Positions 10,140 to 20,523 of a DNA stretch of 64,000 nucleotides are shown here, in pieces. Under the pieces are notes generated by a model. That model searched no databases and was not told the DNA's origin. It worked only from the letters and a program-made list of their open reading frames with translations. Positions within the stretch are counted from its first letter, which is position 1, and every line of letters starts with the position of its first letter. The translations under genes were made by a program, and so were the position numbers. Where the stretch lies: positions 9,885 through 73,884 of IMG/VR virus record IMGVR_UViG_3300025102_000018; one strand, 5' to 3'. The stretch comes from a virus.

Positions 10140-11453
10140 ATGCCTAATTTAAAACCATTAAACCCGAGTGATATACAAGTAGTGAATAATATGGTAGCTT
10201 TTAGTGCCAACACCACTTCAAATACAGCTTACTTTAATTCTGACTACTCTGATTTTCAAGCTGTTTCAGGGTATAACATGATAAGTGGGGATACCATGAA
10301 ATTTTATTCAGCACAAAGGGTACCTAATAATGGTAGACCTTTTTCTAATCTATTTCATTCCTTTAAATTTCCACTAACTTCTGCAGATACCACTAGTGGG
10401 TGGGTAAACGCAGGTTATAACGGTTCATATATGAGTGCTATAACAAGTACCCAAGGTACTGGAGAAGAATTTATTGTGATGGAAATACCTAGATGTAATT
10501 ATGGTGAATTAATAGATGGTAGAACCATTAAAATAGTAATACCTACAGGTAATACGGGTACACCAGCACTTACAGCTCCACATCCTATTACAGCGTATAC
10601 TAGTTATTATACAGCACAAGAATGGTCATCAGACAACAGTAGTCAAGCAGCGTTTTTTGGACACCAAGTAAATAATGTTAACACAGCTAATCCTGAATAC
10701 CCATCTACTAATGTAGCATTTTTATTCAGTGATGCAGTAAGACCACCACAAGTAGCTTATGCGTCATCATGGGCAGAAGGGTTCCCAACCACAATCGGAG
10801 CATCAACTAACGGTGGTACAGCTTTCCCACCAATAAGTGCATTACCACCATCTGGTTATCCTAATGGTGACCAAGATTTATATAGTTTTACCAGTTCTGC
10901 AAATAAAAAACCTTATGCAACAGCTGATGATATTCCAGTAGGTGTATGTTATTTAGATAAAGGATTTTGTGTTTTAACACATACAGCTATTACTAGTAAC
11001 TTTATGTCTATGTATGGTAACATTAGTGCAGCAGAATGGTTCTCAGGAGGACCAACAGTGATGGGTAGTGGACAAACAGGTGTCTTCTTCACTGGAAGTA
11101 CTGGAGGTGGGCCTAATGCAAGTTCGGCTTATTGTCAGTACTATACCTTTGAAAAAGAGTGGGTTGTAAATATAGACTGTCATGCAGATGTAGGTGAATT
11201 TGTAGTTACAGAAAATCAAACAGCCTCACCAACAGCAGCCCCTACCTATGGAGCATCTTCAGTAGCAAATTCAGTAGGTGCAGGTGGTTATCCTGACCTC
11301 TATAGTTTAGACATGGCAAATATGTCAGCATGGGTAACAGAGGTAGGGTTATATGATGATGCAGACAATTTAGTAGCTATAGGTAAACCAGATAGACCTA
11401 TAGAAAAACAACCAAACGGTTCTGTAACTTTTAGAATGATATTTAAATTTTAA
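10140..11453 (+). CDS. Putative structural (tail/baseplate) protein
   Basis: C-terminal VTEVGLYDDADNLVAIGKPDRPIEK motif is shared with the C-terminus of 3843..6461. Confidence 0.6.
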   Translation: MPNLKPLNPSDIQVVNNMVAFSANTTSNTAYFNSDYSDFQAVSGYNMISGDTMKFYSAQRVPNNGRPFSNLFHSFKFPLTSADTTSGWVNAGYNGSYMSAITSTQGTGEEFIVMEIPRCNYGELIDGRTIKIVIPTGNTGTPALTAPHPITAYTSYYTAQEWSSDNSSQAAFFGHQVNNVNTANPEYPSTNVAFLFSDAVRPPQVAYASSWAEGFPTTIGASTNGGTAFPPISALPPSGYPNGDQDLYSFTSSANKKPYATADDIPVGVCYLDKGFCVLTHTAITSNFMSMYGNISAAEWFSGGPTVMGSGQTGVFFTGSTGGGPNASSAYCQYYTFEKEWVVNIDCHADVGEFVVTENQTASPTAAPTYGASSVANSVGAGGYPDLYSLDMANMSAWVTEVGLYDDADNLVAIGKPDRPIEKQPNGSVTFRMIFKF

Positions 11454-11494
11454 ATGTGTGTTTACTTTAGTGTAATTAAAGTGATATTTTAGTA

Positions 11495-12091
11495 ATGACA
11501 AAATTAAAAAACACACCGAAAGTCTTAGGACTAGATATATCCACTAAAACAATTGGATGGGCATTATTTGATTTGATGTCCCAAGAACTTCTAGAACTAA
11601 CTCATGTTTCACCAAAAATTAAAGCTTTACCAGATAACAAAATAGAAGAATTGTTATTAAAATCAGAAGTGTTTTCAGATAAAGTAAGTGAATATAAAAA
11701 TATGGGTATAGGAAAGGTCATTATAGAAGAGCCTCTTATTAACTCCAACAATGTCTATACAGTATCCACCCTAATGAGGTATAATGCATTTATCATTAAA
11801 ATAATCCACACCAAACTAGGTGTAATACCTGAAGTAATATCTACATATAACGCAAGAAAATTTGCTTTCCCAAATTTATTCACTCAAAATAAAAATGGAA
11901 AAAAAGTTTTGTTTGGTGGATTTGAAAAAGGTTGTGATAAAAAACATATTATTTGGAAAAATGTGTCCGATAAAGAACCTCATTTAGATTGGACTTATAC
12001 ACGAAACAATACCCTTAAAAAAGAAAATTATGATATGTCCGATGCTTATACATGTGTGTTAGGTCATATGAAAAAAGAATCTCTCTGGTAA
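11495..12091 (+). CDS. RuvC-like Holliday junction resolvase
   Basis: RNase H-fold acidic motifs LGLDISTKTIGW, IIEEP and DMSDAY. Confidence 0.8.
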   Translation: MTKLKNTPKVLGLDISTKTIGWALFDLMSQELLELTHVSPKIKALPDNKIEELLLKSEVFSDKVSEYKNMGIGKVIIEEPLINSNNVYTVSTLMRYNAFIIKIIHTKLGVIPEVISTYNARKFAFPNLFTQNKNGKKVLFGGFEKGCDKKHIIWKNVSDKEPHLDWTYTRNNTLKKENYDMSDAYTCVLGHMKKESLW

Positions 12092-12125
12092 TTGAATATA
12101 GGTCTATTTTTCCTATATTTAAATT

Positions 12126-13040
12126 ATGAATGATAATAGTCTACTTATTAATTTACTTTCCGAAGTATTAGGACCACACAACCAACACTACGAAAATAAA
12201 GGTCAAATTTCTTTTGATTGTCCTGTTTGTTCTTATGATATAAAAGGACTTAATAAAGGTGATGGAAAAGGTAATTTTGAAATTAATTACTTTAAAGGTG
12301 TGTATAAATGTTGGGCATGTTCAGAAACTCACGAAACTCACGGTTCTATTAATAAATTATTTTGGAAGTGGGGTAATAAGAAACATAGACAAAATTGGAA
12401 ATTAATAGCTCCAGAAAAATTTATACCTGAGAATAAAGTCTATAAAAGGATAGAATTACCTGATGATTTTATTTCTTTTGAAAAGGGTAATAAATTAACA
12501 ATATCTTATAAAGAAGCAAGAAATTATTTACTTAACAGGAATATATCTGAAGATAAAATGATTAAATATTCTATGGGGTATACTAACCAAGGACCTTATA
12601 GAGGACGTATTATTATACCATCGTTTGATAAAGATGGGGAAATAAATTATTTTGTTGCACGTTCATACACTAATCATCGAATGAAATATAAAAACCCTGA
12701 ATTCCCTAAAGAAGAAATTATATTTAATGAATCTAGAATAAAATGGGGTGAAGACATTTATCTCGTAGAAGGTGTGTTCGACATGTTATTTTTAGATAAC
12801 GCCATACCAATACTAGGAAAAACAGTTTCTGATAATTTATGGGGTAAATTATATGAAAAGAGTGGAAAAAACATTATAGTATGTTTAGATGGTGATGCTT
12901 GGGAGGACGCAGAACAACTTTATCGTAAATTAGATGGTGGTAGATTAAATAATAGAATTAGAGTTATTAAAATGCCTAAGGATAAAGATGTGGCAGAATT
13001 AGGTGGGGTTAAAAATTTAGAGACGTTAACACTACTTTAG
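12126..13040 (+). CDS. DNA primase (Zn-binding + TOPRIM)
   Basis: CPVC...CWAC zinc finger, GRIIIP, YFVAR, and TOPRIM motifs LVEGVFD and LDGDA. Confidence 0.9.
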   Translation: MNDNSLLINLLSEVLGPHNQHYENKGQISFDCPVCSYDIKGLNKGDGKGNFEINYFKGVYKCWACSETHETHGSINKLFWKWGNKKHRQNWKLIAPEKFIPENKVYKRIELPDDFISFEKGNKLTISYKEARNYLLNRNISEDKMIKYSMGYTNQGPYRGRIIIPSFDKDGEINYFVARSYTNHRMKYKNPEFPKEEIIFNESRIKWGEDIYLVEGVFDMLFLDNAIPILGKTVSDNLWGKLYEKSGKNIIVCLDGDAWEDAEQLYRKLDGGRLNNRIRVIKMPKDKDVAELGGVKNLETLTLL

Positions 13041-13796
13041 TATATTAACAACCTCTTCTTGAAAGTCATGACATTTAAATACTTTATAGTTATCATTTTT
13101 TTCATTTAACCAGACAATGTAAGACTCACCTAACTTAAGGTTAGTATTTTTCTCAATAATATATTTGTAAGTAGAAAGTTGTAATGAATATGTGTTTAGT
13201 TCACAAACATCCAAGTGACTTATAGGGTCCTTAAACTGTTGCCACTTATTTCTTTCTTTAATTTCTTTATTTGTTTTCCAGTCCCATATTTCTAACATCC
13301 CACTTTTCTCGTTCCAGAATAACTGGTCAACCATCCCACACAAACCTAACTCCTCATCACCAACAACTAGTTCTGCTCTTACAGGTACTAATTTTTCAAA
13401 AGAGTCCTCATAGAATTTTTTAAATAATTTTATAATATGATTAAGAGCTTCCCTACATTCTAACATATTTTCTACACTTCCTAAAACAGAAGTCATCTCC
13501 TCCTCAGGAAATGGAAATACTTTATTAAAAAGATAGTTTTCAGCAAAAGCGTGAAATGCAGAACCTTTTTGAGTAGCAAAATCTGCTTTATATTTCCATT
13601 CTTTAAGGATGTCTTCTTTTAGTATACCTCTTTCTTTAGCTTTTTTTTCAGACCAGTAATCGGTGTCAAAAGATTGTTTAAATTTACCTATTAATTGTGT
13701 TACTGATGACATTTTTTTACCATTAAGATAATACTTATGTTCTTTATCGTGAAATTTAATATGGTTAAATTTTGCTAGTTCTCGTGTAATTTCCAT
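13032..13796 (-). CDS. PD-(D/E)XK family exonuclease (RecB/Cas4-like)
   Basis: SVTQLI, KGSAFH, GMVDQL, IWDWKTNK and LQLSTY motifs. Confidence 0.85.
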   Translation of the reverse strand: MEITRELAKFNHIKFHDKEHKYYLNGKKMSSVTQLIGKFKQSFDTDYWSEKKAKERGILKEDILKEWKYKADFATQKGSAFHAFAENYLFNKVFPFPEEEMTSVLGSVENMLECREALNHIIKLFKKFYEDSFEKLVPVRAELVVGDEELGLCGMVDQLFWNEKSGMLEIWDWKTNKEIKERNKWQQFKDPISHLDVCELNTYSLQLSTYKYIIEKNTNLKLGESYIVWLNEKNDNYKVFKCHDFQEEVVNILK

Positions 13797-13834
13797 TTTA
13801 AAAATATAGGTAAAAATTTAGGGAAGGAAAGAGG

Positions 13835-15628
13835 TTAAATAATTCCCATCGCTTTTTTAACATAGTAAGCAGCTAAAGGTTTGTGTCCACCAATACTCCA
13901 ATAATCAATATCTTCGGTAGCTACATCATATTGTTTATAATCGTATATGGTAGCTGTAGTACCATCAGGAAACTCTATAACCCATTCCATTTGTACTTTT
14001 CCATCTGGACTAGGTTCATCATAGACGGGTGGCCCAAATACTTTTTCTATATCGTCTCTATGGTAACCATCTAATTCACCCTGTCTACTAGTACCACCAC
14101 TATTTCTGTAATTTCCTGTTTTAAATGGGAAAGGTGAAGGTATAATTAATTCAGTAAAAGTATGGCTTGGGTCATTAGCCATATTTTGTATAAATAAAGC
14201 ATATACGAAGTCTTTTTCATCATCCTCAAACCCATACAGTCTAAATACTGGTTCTATAATTTCTTCCATCACTTCTCTATTCCATTGGTATTTTGTTTTA
14301 TCATGATGAAGTAACATCGCAGTACTAGATTGAGTAGGTTCAAAGAACTCCAGTTCATAACCTTCATCTACTAACCAAGGAGCTCTTCCTACCATATCTT
14401 TTAACATTGTTCTTATTCTTCTTTCTTCCGCTGTATTTTTAGATAATTCTTCCGCTTGTTGTTCTGTAATTTTAATTTTTAATGTAGATTCTTTCATATT
14501 TGATTTTAATTGTGTGGGAGAAGTAATCGGTGGATTATTAAAACCTATTTTACCATAATAGATACCTCTCATATGTTTTTGTCCTTCATTTTTAAAAACA
14601 ATAAATTTAGGGTTACTTGAATTAGGACTACTTACAAATAAATAATTAACATCTATAGGATATCCTTCTTTAGGTAAAGCCGCAGACTCTACTTCATAAG
14701 GAAATCTTTCTGTTTTATATACTCCTTTTTTTAAAGGTTTAACTTGATAATAATCCATCGAACCATCCTCTCTATAAATTCTCATATCTTGACCACAAGT
14801 TCTATCTAGAGTATCACCAGGACACCCAGATTCAATTTTAACATTACCTAAACCATTATCTTTATACCAAGACCTTAACCATTCTTCACCCATCCGTTCT
14901 CTTCTTTCTCCTATACATTGGGTTTCCCTATTCTCATTTGCAAGAACTTTAACTATATCACCAGGACCAAATAACCTTATTTTATTATCGATAATCCATG
15001 GTAAAAAATCATCTCTATTCCACTCTTCACTTACCTCGTCTTTATAAATCTTTAAAAGTTCTCTTAAAACACGTGTATTACCCTCAAAATAGTTTAATAT
15101 AGACCAGTCATCAGTTCCACATGCAAGTTCAAAATTAATAACTCCTGGGTTTCTACTACTTCCCTCTGGTACATTGCCCATTCCCCAGTTGTCTGTGTTA
15201 CTCCACACATCTTTAATAGCTTGCTTAACTGTTTGACGAAAAGGGCTCCTCGACTCTACTTGAGTATAGAGAAAATTATTATTGTACAATAATTTATTAT
15301 TTATTATAACATTAGATGACGGTCTATCATCCGAAGGTTCACTAATTTTTTCTTTTTTAGAAATACTTAAATTAGGCCAAAAGTTAAAAGATAATAAACT
15401 AGTATTAACAGGAATATCGTCTTCACCATCAGCTCTTAAAATAATTTCTTTATAATTTTTTATTTCTTCTGGGGTTACTCCAGAAACATCATTAAAGAAA
15501 TACCTCCAATTACCCGAAGCTCTATTTTTATAATTGACAACTAAGGGTTCAGTTGATATCATTTCTTCATTATCCGGAGTTTGTTCCTTTAAAGTTTTTA
15601 ACTGATGTTTTGTAACAATAATCTTCAT
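13835..15628 (-). CDS. Multi-module hypothetical protein with an LKEQ leader and a possible PD-(D/E)XK-like central domain
   Basis: Leader MKIIVTKHQLKTLKEQ, a central GE..E...GQDMRI...YYQVKPL pattern, and a second internal leader-like segment MKESTLKIKITEQQ. Confidence 0.55.
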   Translation of the reverse strand: MKIIVTKHQLKTLKEQTPDNEEMISTEPLVVNYKNRASGNWRYFFNDVSGVTPEEIKNYKEIILRADGEDDIPVNTSLLSFNFWPNLSISKKEKISEPSDDRPSSNVIINNKLLYNNNFLYTQVESRSPFRQTVKQAIKDVWSNTDNWGMGNVPEGSSRNPGVINFELACGTDDWSILNYFEGNTRVLRELLKIYKDEVSEEWNRDDFLPWIIDNKIRLFGPGDIVKVLANENRETQCIGERRERMGEEWLRSWYKDNGLGNVKIESGCPGDTLDRTCGQDMRIYREDGSMDYYQVKPLKKGVYKTERFPYEVESAALPKEGYPIDVNYLFVSSPNSSNPKFIVFKNEGQKHMRGIYYGKIGFNNPPITSPTQLKSNMKESTLKIKITEQQAEELSKNTAEERRIRTMLKDMVGRAPWLVDEGYELEFFEPTQSSTAMLLHHDKTKYQWNREVMEEIIEPVFRLYGFEDDEKDFVYALFIQNMANDPSHTFTELIIPSPFPFKTGNYRNSGGTSRQGELDGYHRDDIEKVFGPPVYDEPSPDGKVQMEWVIEFPDGTTATIYDYKQYDVATEDIDYWSIGGHKPLAAYYVKKAMGII

Positions 15629-15632
15629 ACTA

Positions 15633-15640
15633 ATAAATAT
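15633..15640 (-). promoter_or_regulatory. Putative late promoter motif ATATTTAT
   Basis: Reads ATAAATAT on the + strand, 4 nt upstream of the minus-strand ATG at 15628. Confidence 0.6.
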
Positions 15641-15674
15641 TTGAAAGATGAGGCAATTTTATTATAATTATAAC

Positions 15675-16454
15675 ATGATAAAAACAATTGTACATTATTC
15701 AGACCTACATCTTAAACTTTACAAGCACCACCAAAGAGATAAATCAATATTAGAAAGTGCTTTAGAAGAGTGGAAAAAAATTAAACCAGATAGGATTGTG
15801 TTTACTGGTGATTTGGTACATTCTAAAAATCAGATGACACCAGAGTTGGTTAGATTAGTAAGTTGGTGGATGACAGAAACTGCAAAAATATGTCCCACTA
15901 TTTACTTAATCGGTAATCATGATTTTTTAGAAAACAACCAAGACCGCTTAGATGCTATAACACCTATAGTGGAAAATTTAAATAATCCTAACATAACTTA
16001 TTATAAACATAAGGGTGTTTATGAAGATAAAAATATACTTTGGTGTGTATATTCACTAGTGGAAGAAAATGAAAGACCAGATATCCCAGATACAGATAAA
16101 ACCAAAATAGGTTTATTTCACGGTCCTATTATAGGGTTAAAAACAGACATAGGTTTCCAATTCGAAGAAGGGTATGACGCGGAAAGATTTGAAGGGTGTG
16201 ATGTAGTATTAGCAGGTGATATACATAAAAGACAAATATTTGATATACCTAATAATAATAAAGCGTATATGGTTGGTTCTACGATATGTCAAAATTATGG
16301 AGAAAATGTAAAAAATCATGGTTATGGTATTTTTAATCTGGAAGATTTTTCCTATATTTTTAAAGACTTAGAAAATCCACAACCTTTTTTAAGTTTTAAA
16401 ATAAACGATATTTTAGATATTGAAGAACAAAAAGAAATTTTAACAAATGGTTAA
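15675..16454 (+). CDS. SbcD/Mre11/gp47-like metallophosphoesterase nuclease
   Basis: SDLH, TGDLVH, GNHD, FHG and GDIHK motifs; lies close to an SbcC-like gene. Confidence 0.88.
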   Translation: MIKTIVHYSDLHLKLYKHHQRDKSILESALEEWKKIKPDRIVFTGDLVHSKNQMTPELVRLVSWWMTETAKICPTIYLIGNHDFLENNQDRLDAITPIVENLNNPNITYYKHKGVYEDKNILWCVYSLVEENERPDIPDTDKTKIGLFHGPIIGLKTDIGFQFEEGYDAERFEGCDVVLAGDIHKRQIFDIPNNNKAYMVGSTICQNYGENVKNHGYGIFNLEDFSYIFKDLENPQPFLSFKINDILDIEEQKEILTNG

Positions 16455-16893
16455 TTTACCTAAAAATTTAAATAAAAATATTGAAGACTACTGTAAACTC
16501 AATGAAATAGAAGATACGGTAGATTTTATAATTAAATGTACTAAGGATGGACTTACTTTGGACAAATATGGTGTAGCACCATTTTTACCTAAATCCCAGA
16601 TACAAGAAGTTCCCGTAGAAAAAGAAATAGTAAAAGAAGTTATAAAAGAAATACCAGTAGAAAAAGAGGTTATAGTAGAAAAAATTGTAACCAAAGAAGT
16701 TAAAGATACTCAGTTAATTGAAGAACTAGAAAAACTCAAAAAAGAATTACAAAATAAGGATAATTTAATAAAAGAACAACAAGAAAGAATGGAACAAATG
16801 GAAGATGTGCTTGAACACTTCAAAAAAGTAACAGTCAATAGGAGAGCAAAATACCTTAAGACCTCAAACATAAACGATACATATATAGAATAA
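16447..16893 (+). CDS. Hypothetical coiled-coil protein with EVPVEKEIV repeats
   Basis: EVPVEKEIVKEVIKEIPVEKEVIVEKIV low-complexity repeat followed by heptads. Confidence 0.65.
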   Translation: MVNLPKNLNKNIEDYCKLNEIEDTVDFIIKCTKDGLTLDKYGVAPFLPKSQIQEVPVEKEIVKEVIKEIPVEKEVIVEKIVTKEVKDTQLIEELEKLKKELQNKDNLIKEQQERMEQMEDVLEHFKKVTVNRRAKYLKTSNINDTYIE

Positions 16894-16894
16894 C

Positions 16895-17200
16895 ATGGAA
16901 ATATTAATTTGGATTTTAGCAGCTTACGGAATGTCTCAAATACTTGTATTTGGAGGAATATTCGATACACCAAGAGATTGGATAAAAAAACACTCTACAT
17001 TTTTTGGAGACCTAATCTCATGTATGATGTGTACGTCTACCTGGGTCGGATTCTTTTTCTCCTTAGCTTTTTATTCCCCAACACTACCTATGGTAATTAT
17101 ACCTTATACTAACATATTTTTTGACGGTATGTTAGCTAGTGGTTCAGTGTGGGCTCTTAATGCGATGGTAGAATGGTTTGAGGAAAATAGACCTAAATAA
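16895..17200 (+). CDS. DUF1360-like membrane protein
   Basis: Hydrophobic helices and an LISCMMCTSTWVG (CxxC.S.W) motif. Confidence 0.65.
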   Translation: MEILIWILAAYGMSQILVFGGIFDTPRDWIKKHSTFFGDLISCMMCTSTWVGFFFSLAFYSPTLPMVIIPYTNIFFDGMLASGSVWALNAMVEWFEENRPK

Positions 17201-17213
17201 CAATGAAAACGGT

Positions 17214-19544
17214 ATGGAACTAAAAAGAGTAAAAAAGTTAAAAAACCCTTTTGTTAGGGTAGTGTGGGAAGACATACCAGAAAATTTTACCAAAGAAAGA
17301 ATAAGAAGAGTTAAATCTTATTTTAGTAAAAAATATAATTCAAAAAACGTCACTGTCATAAGTAAAGCACAATCAGTTAAAGGTAAAAAACTAGAATTAT
17401 CTTTAGGTGAAGATGTGATGGACAAAAACTATCAAAAAAATCTTTTAAAAGAATTTCTTAAACAAGAAAACATTAACGTAGAATGGGGTGACATATCTCG
17501 ACTTGATGATAAGGTAAACGCCAGTCTAGACAAAACAGGTATACTACAAAAAAGATATAGAAAGTTAGTAGTAAATAAAATTAAATTTTCTAATTTTCTT
17601 TCTTTTGGTGATAATAACGTATTAGACTTTAAACGATTAGACGGTATAACAGTAATAGACTCAAACCCACCAAATTTTGGAGGGAAAACAGTTTTAGCTG
17701 TAGACTTACTCCTATTTTTATTTTTTAACAACACCACTAAAACTAATAAAGCTGAAGAAATATTTAATAAGTTTCGTAATAAAAATGAGGTAATTGTAGA
17801 AGGTGATGTAGAAATTGATGGTGAAGATTATATTATTTTAAGAAAAGTAGTAAGAAAAAAAACAGCTAAAGGAGAGTGGTCTGTTAGAACACATTTAGAG
17901 TTCTTTAAAAAAATGAAAGATGGGAGTTTACAAAATTTTACTGGAGAACAAAGAAGGGAAACAGAAAAATTTATTAAAGAAGCTATAGGAAATGTAGATG
18001 ACTTTTTACTGACGATTTTAACCACCGGGTCCAACCTAGACTCACTTATTGACGCAAAACCCACAGAAAGAGGTAATATTTTTTATAGATTTATTGGGTT
18101 AGAATTATTGAGAGAAAAAGAAAAATTTTGTAAAGAAATGTACTCTACCTGGTCTAAAAAACTTATCTCTAATGTATACGATATAAACACCTTAAAAACT
18201 GAAATAGAAGAATCAGTGGAACTGATAAAAGAAAAAGAAGAATCAATCAAAGTTTCAGATAAAGAAATTAAAGAATATGAAAAAGATATAAAAGATTTTA
18301 GAAATGAAAAAGATAATTTACTAGAGTCTAAATATAATGATATAGATGAAGGTATTAGTAAAATAGATATAAAATCATTAAAAAGTAATTTAGAAGATTA
18401 TACAAAAAAATTAGAAGAAAAAACTAAGGAGATTGAGGAAATAGAGGTCGTCGAACCTGAAACATACTTTAATCCCACAGAATACCAACTAAAAGAAAAT
18501 GAAAAAAATGTGATAAGTAAAGAAGTCACTATTCTAGAGACAGAAGTTAAAAATTTTACAAAAACTATTAAACAATTAGAAACCTCACAATTTTGTCCAA
18601 CATGTGGAAAAAGCTTAGATGATGTAGACCATACGGAGGATATTAAAAATAAAAAGAAAGAGTTGGTAGAAACAAAAGATGGGTTATCTAAAAAAATTGT
18701 TAAGGAAACTAATATTGTAAATGAGTTAGAAAAACTTAATAAATTAAAGTTACAATTAGAAATTTATGATAGAAATAAACTAATCAAAGAAAAGAAAACT
18801 CTAGAATCAGATTCTATAAAAGTAATGTTAGAAAAAAATAAAAATTCTATAGACTCTTATGAATTAAATAAAAAGAAAATTGAATACAACCAAGAAGTAG
18901 AGTCAAAGAGTTTAAAATTACAAAGTAGTATAGATAACTTTACAATTCTTAAAGATAAAACAATTGATACTAAAAATAATCATCAGATAATATTGGAACA
19001 CAATAAAAGAGTCGTAACCGAAAATGAAGATAAAATAAGTAAAATCCAACAAGAAGAAAAAATTGAAAAAATATTTAAAACTTATTTAATGGCTTTTGGT
19101 AAAAATGGAATACCTAAAGTTATACTTAGAAGTTTTGTGCCCGCTTTAAATTTGGAAGTTAATAATTTATTATCGGTAGAAAATCATTTTTACATTGATA
19201 TAAGAATTAATGAAAAACATGAAGTAGAATTTTGGATGGTAGACAAAGATAGTGAATTAGCTAGACCACTTTCTTCTGCTTCAGGATACGAAAAAACTAT
19301 TTCATCATTAGCTTTAAGAGCGGTATTAGGGAAGATATCTTCTCTACCCAAACCAAACGTTACTGTTTTTGATGAGGTATTTGGTAAAGTAAGTAATGAT
19401 AATTTAGAAATGGTTGGGGAGTTTTTTATGAAGTTAAGAGAATACTTTGATAACATTTTACTCATAACACATAATCCTTTAGTTAGAGAGTGGGGTGAAA
19501 ATGTTATCACAGTTAAAAAAGTTGACAACATATCTATAATTTAA
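17214..19544 (+). CDS. SbcC/Rad50/gp46-like SMC ATPase
   Basis: NFLSFG, Walker A-like NFGGKT, long coiled coil with CPTCG zinc hook, signature ASGYEK, Walker B VFDEVFG and LLITH. Confidence 0.92.
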   Translation: MELKRVKKLKNPFVRVVWEDIPENFTKERIRRVKSYFSKKYNSKNVTVISKAQSVKGKKLELSLGEDVMDKNYQKNLLKEFLKQENINVEWGDISRLDDKVNASLDKTGILQKRYRKLVVNKIKFSNFLSFGDNNVLDFKRLDGITVIDSNPPNFGGKTVLAVDLLLFLFFNNTTKTNKAEEIFNKFRNKNEVIVEGDVEIDGEDYIILRKVVRKKTAKGEWSVRTHLEFFKKMKDGSLQNFTGEQRRETEKFIKEAIGNVDDFLLTILTTGSNLDSLIDAKPTERGNIFYRFIGLELLREKEKFCKEMYSTWSKKLISNVYDINTLKTEIEESVELIKEKEESIKVSDKEIKEYEKDIKDFRNEKDNLLESKYNDIDEGISKIDIKSLKSNLEDYTKKLEEKTKEIEEIEVVEPETYFNPTEYQLKENEKNVISKEVTILETEVKNFTKTIKQLETSQFCPTCGKSLDDVDHTEDIKNKKKELVETKDGLSKKIVKETNIVNELEKLNKLKLQLEIYDRNKLIKEKKTLESDSIKVMLEKNKNSIDSYELNKKKIEYNQEVESKSLKLQSSIDNFTILKDKTIDTKNNHQIILEHNKRVVTENEDKISKIQQEEKIEKIFKTYLMAFGKNGIPKVILRSFVPALNLEVNNLLSVENHFYIDIRINEKHEVEFWMVDKDSELARPLSSASGYEKTISSLALRAVLGKISSLPKPNVTVFDEVFGKVSNDNLEMVGEFFMKLREYFDNILLITHNPLVREWGENVITVKKVDNISII

Positions 19545-19564
19545 TATTTATTAAAAAAGAAACT

Positions 19565-20179
19565 ATGAGAACAAGACAGTACCTTTTATTTATGTTTGGG
19601 AATTGGAAAATTCTAGAAAAAGAACGTGAGTTATATACACATATTAGTGATATGTTACATACTATTATTAATACTCCAGAAATTAGTTTTATTACCGGAG
19701 AACATATGATGATAGCTTGCTTATCATCCACGTCAACTTTTGAAGAAATCTCTAGTTTATTAGAAGAATTCTTATCACCAGAAATAAACACTTATTTTTT
19801 AATGCCTAAACCTAGAAAGTTATCATATAGAATGAACCCAATACTGGAGGAACACTTATTTAATAAATTAATTTCACCTAAAAAAAATAAAATTAAATTA
19901 GATGATAAGGAACTAAAAGAATTACAAAAATTATTTAAAGAAGATAAAGATAGAGAAAACATTCTTAGAGACATGGCAAAAATGATGATGCCAATAATAA
20001 TGCATGGAAAATTTCCTATAAATTTAGATAAGGATAAACCTTCTTATGAAGAATGGTTGAAAACACAAAAAATTAACTTAGATTTAGATAGTATACTAGA
20101 TAAAATATCCTCACAAGGTATTGATAGTTTAAATGAAATAGAAAAAGAATTTTTAGATAACCACAAAAAAGATAATTAA
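19565..20179 (+). CDS. Hypothetical protein with a C-terminal DUF6576-like motif
   Basis: C-terminal LDSILDKISSQGIDSLNEIEKEFL. Preceded by ATATTTAT at 19544..19551. Confidence 0.6.
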   Translation: MRTRQYLLFMFGNWKILEKERELYTHISDMLHTIINTPEISFITGEHMMIACLSSTSTFEEISSLLEEFLSPEINTYFLMPKPRKLSYRMNPILEEHLFNKLISPKKNKIKLDDKELKELQKLFKEDKDRENILRDMAKMMMPIIMHGKFPINLDKDKPSYEEWLKTQKINLDLDSILDKISSQGIDSLNEIEKEFLDNHKKDN

Positions 20180-20523
20180 TGGAAATTACACTATACTCAC
20201 AAGACAACTGTGAAACATGTCTTTCACTTAAAGAACAACTAGTAGAAAACGGAATCTACTTTGAAGATAAAAATGTTAATGATACTAGCGAGGACGGTCC
20301 TCTTGAAAAAGGTAAGTTTTTATGGGAACACAAAGATTTAGTAGAAGACTTAAATCTACCACCATGGTTACCTAAATTAATTATAGAACATGATGGGGAA
20401 ACACAATACGTTTGTGTAAGTAACCAAAATGGTATAAAGGGAAATGTTTCTATTTTTGAAAAACCAGAGGACGGTGTAAAAAGGGTAAAAGAAATTATAG
20501 ATAATTATACAAAAAAGAAATAA
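20179..20523 (+). CDS. Glutaredoxin-like protein
   Basis: ITLYSQDNCETC..LK..L...GI.F pattern. Confidence 0.7.
   Translation: MEITLYSQDNCETCLSLKEQLVENGIYFEDKNVNDTSEDGPLEKGKFLWEHKDLVEDLNLPPWLPKLIIEHDGETQYVCVSNQNGIKGNVSIFEKPEDGVKRVKEIIDNYTKKK

Noticed and set aside
13032-13796. Cas4-like nuclease as evidence of a CRISPR-Cas locus
   Set aside because: No repeat-spacer array or other cas genes are visible. It sits beside the primase and SbcCD genes, as a typical phage exonuclease does.
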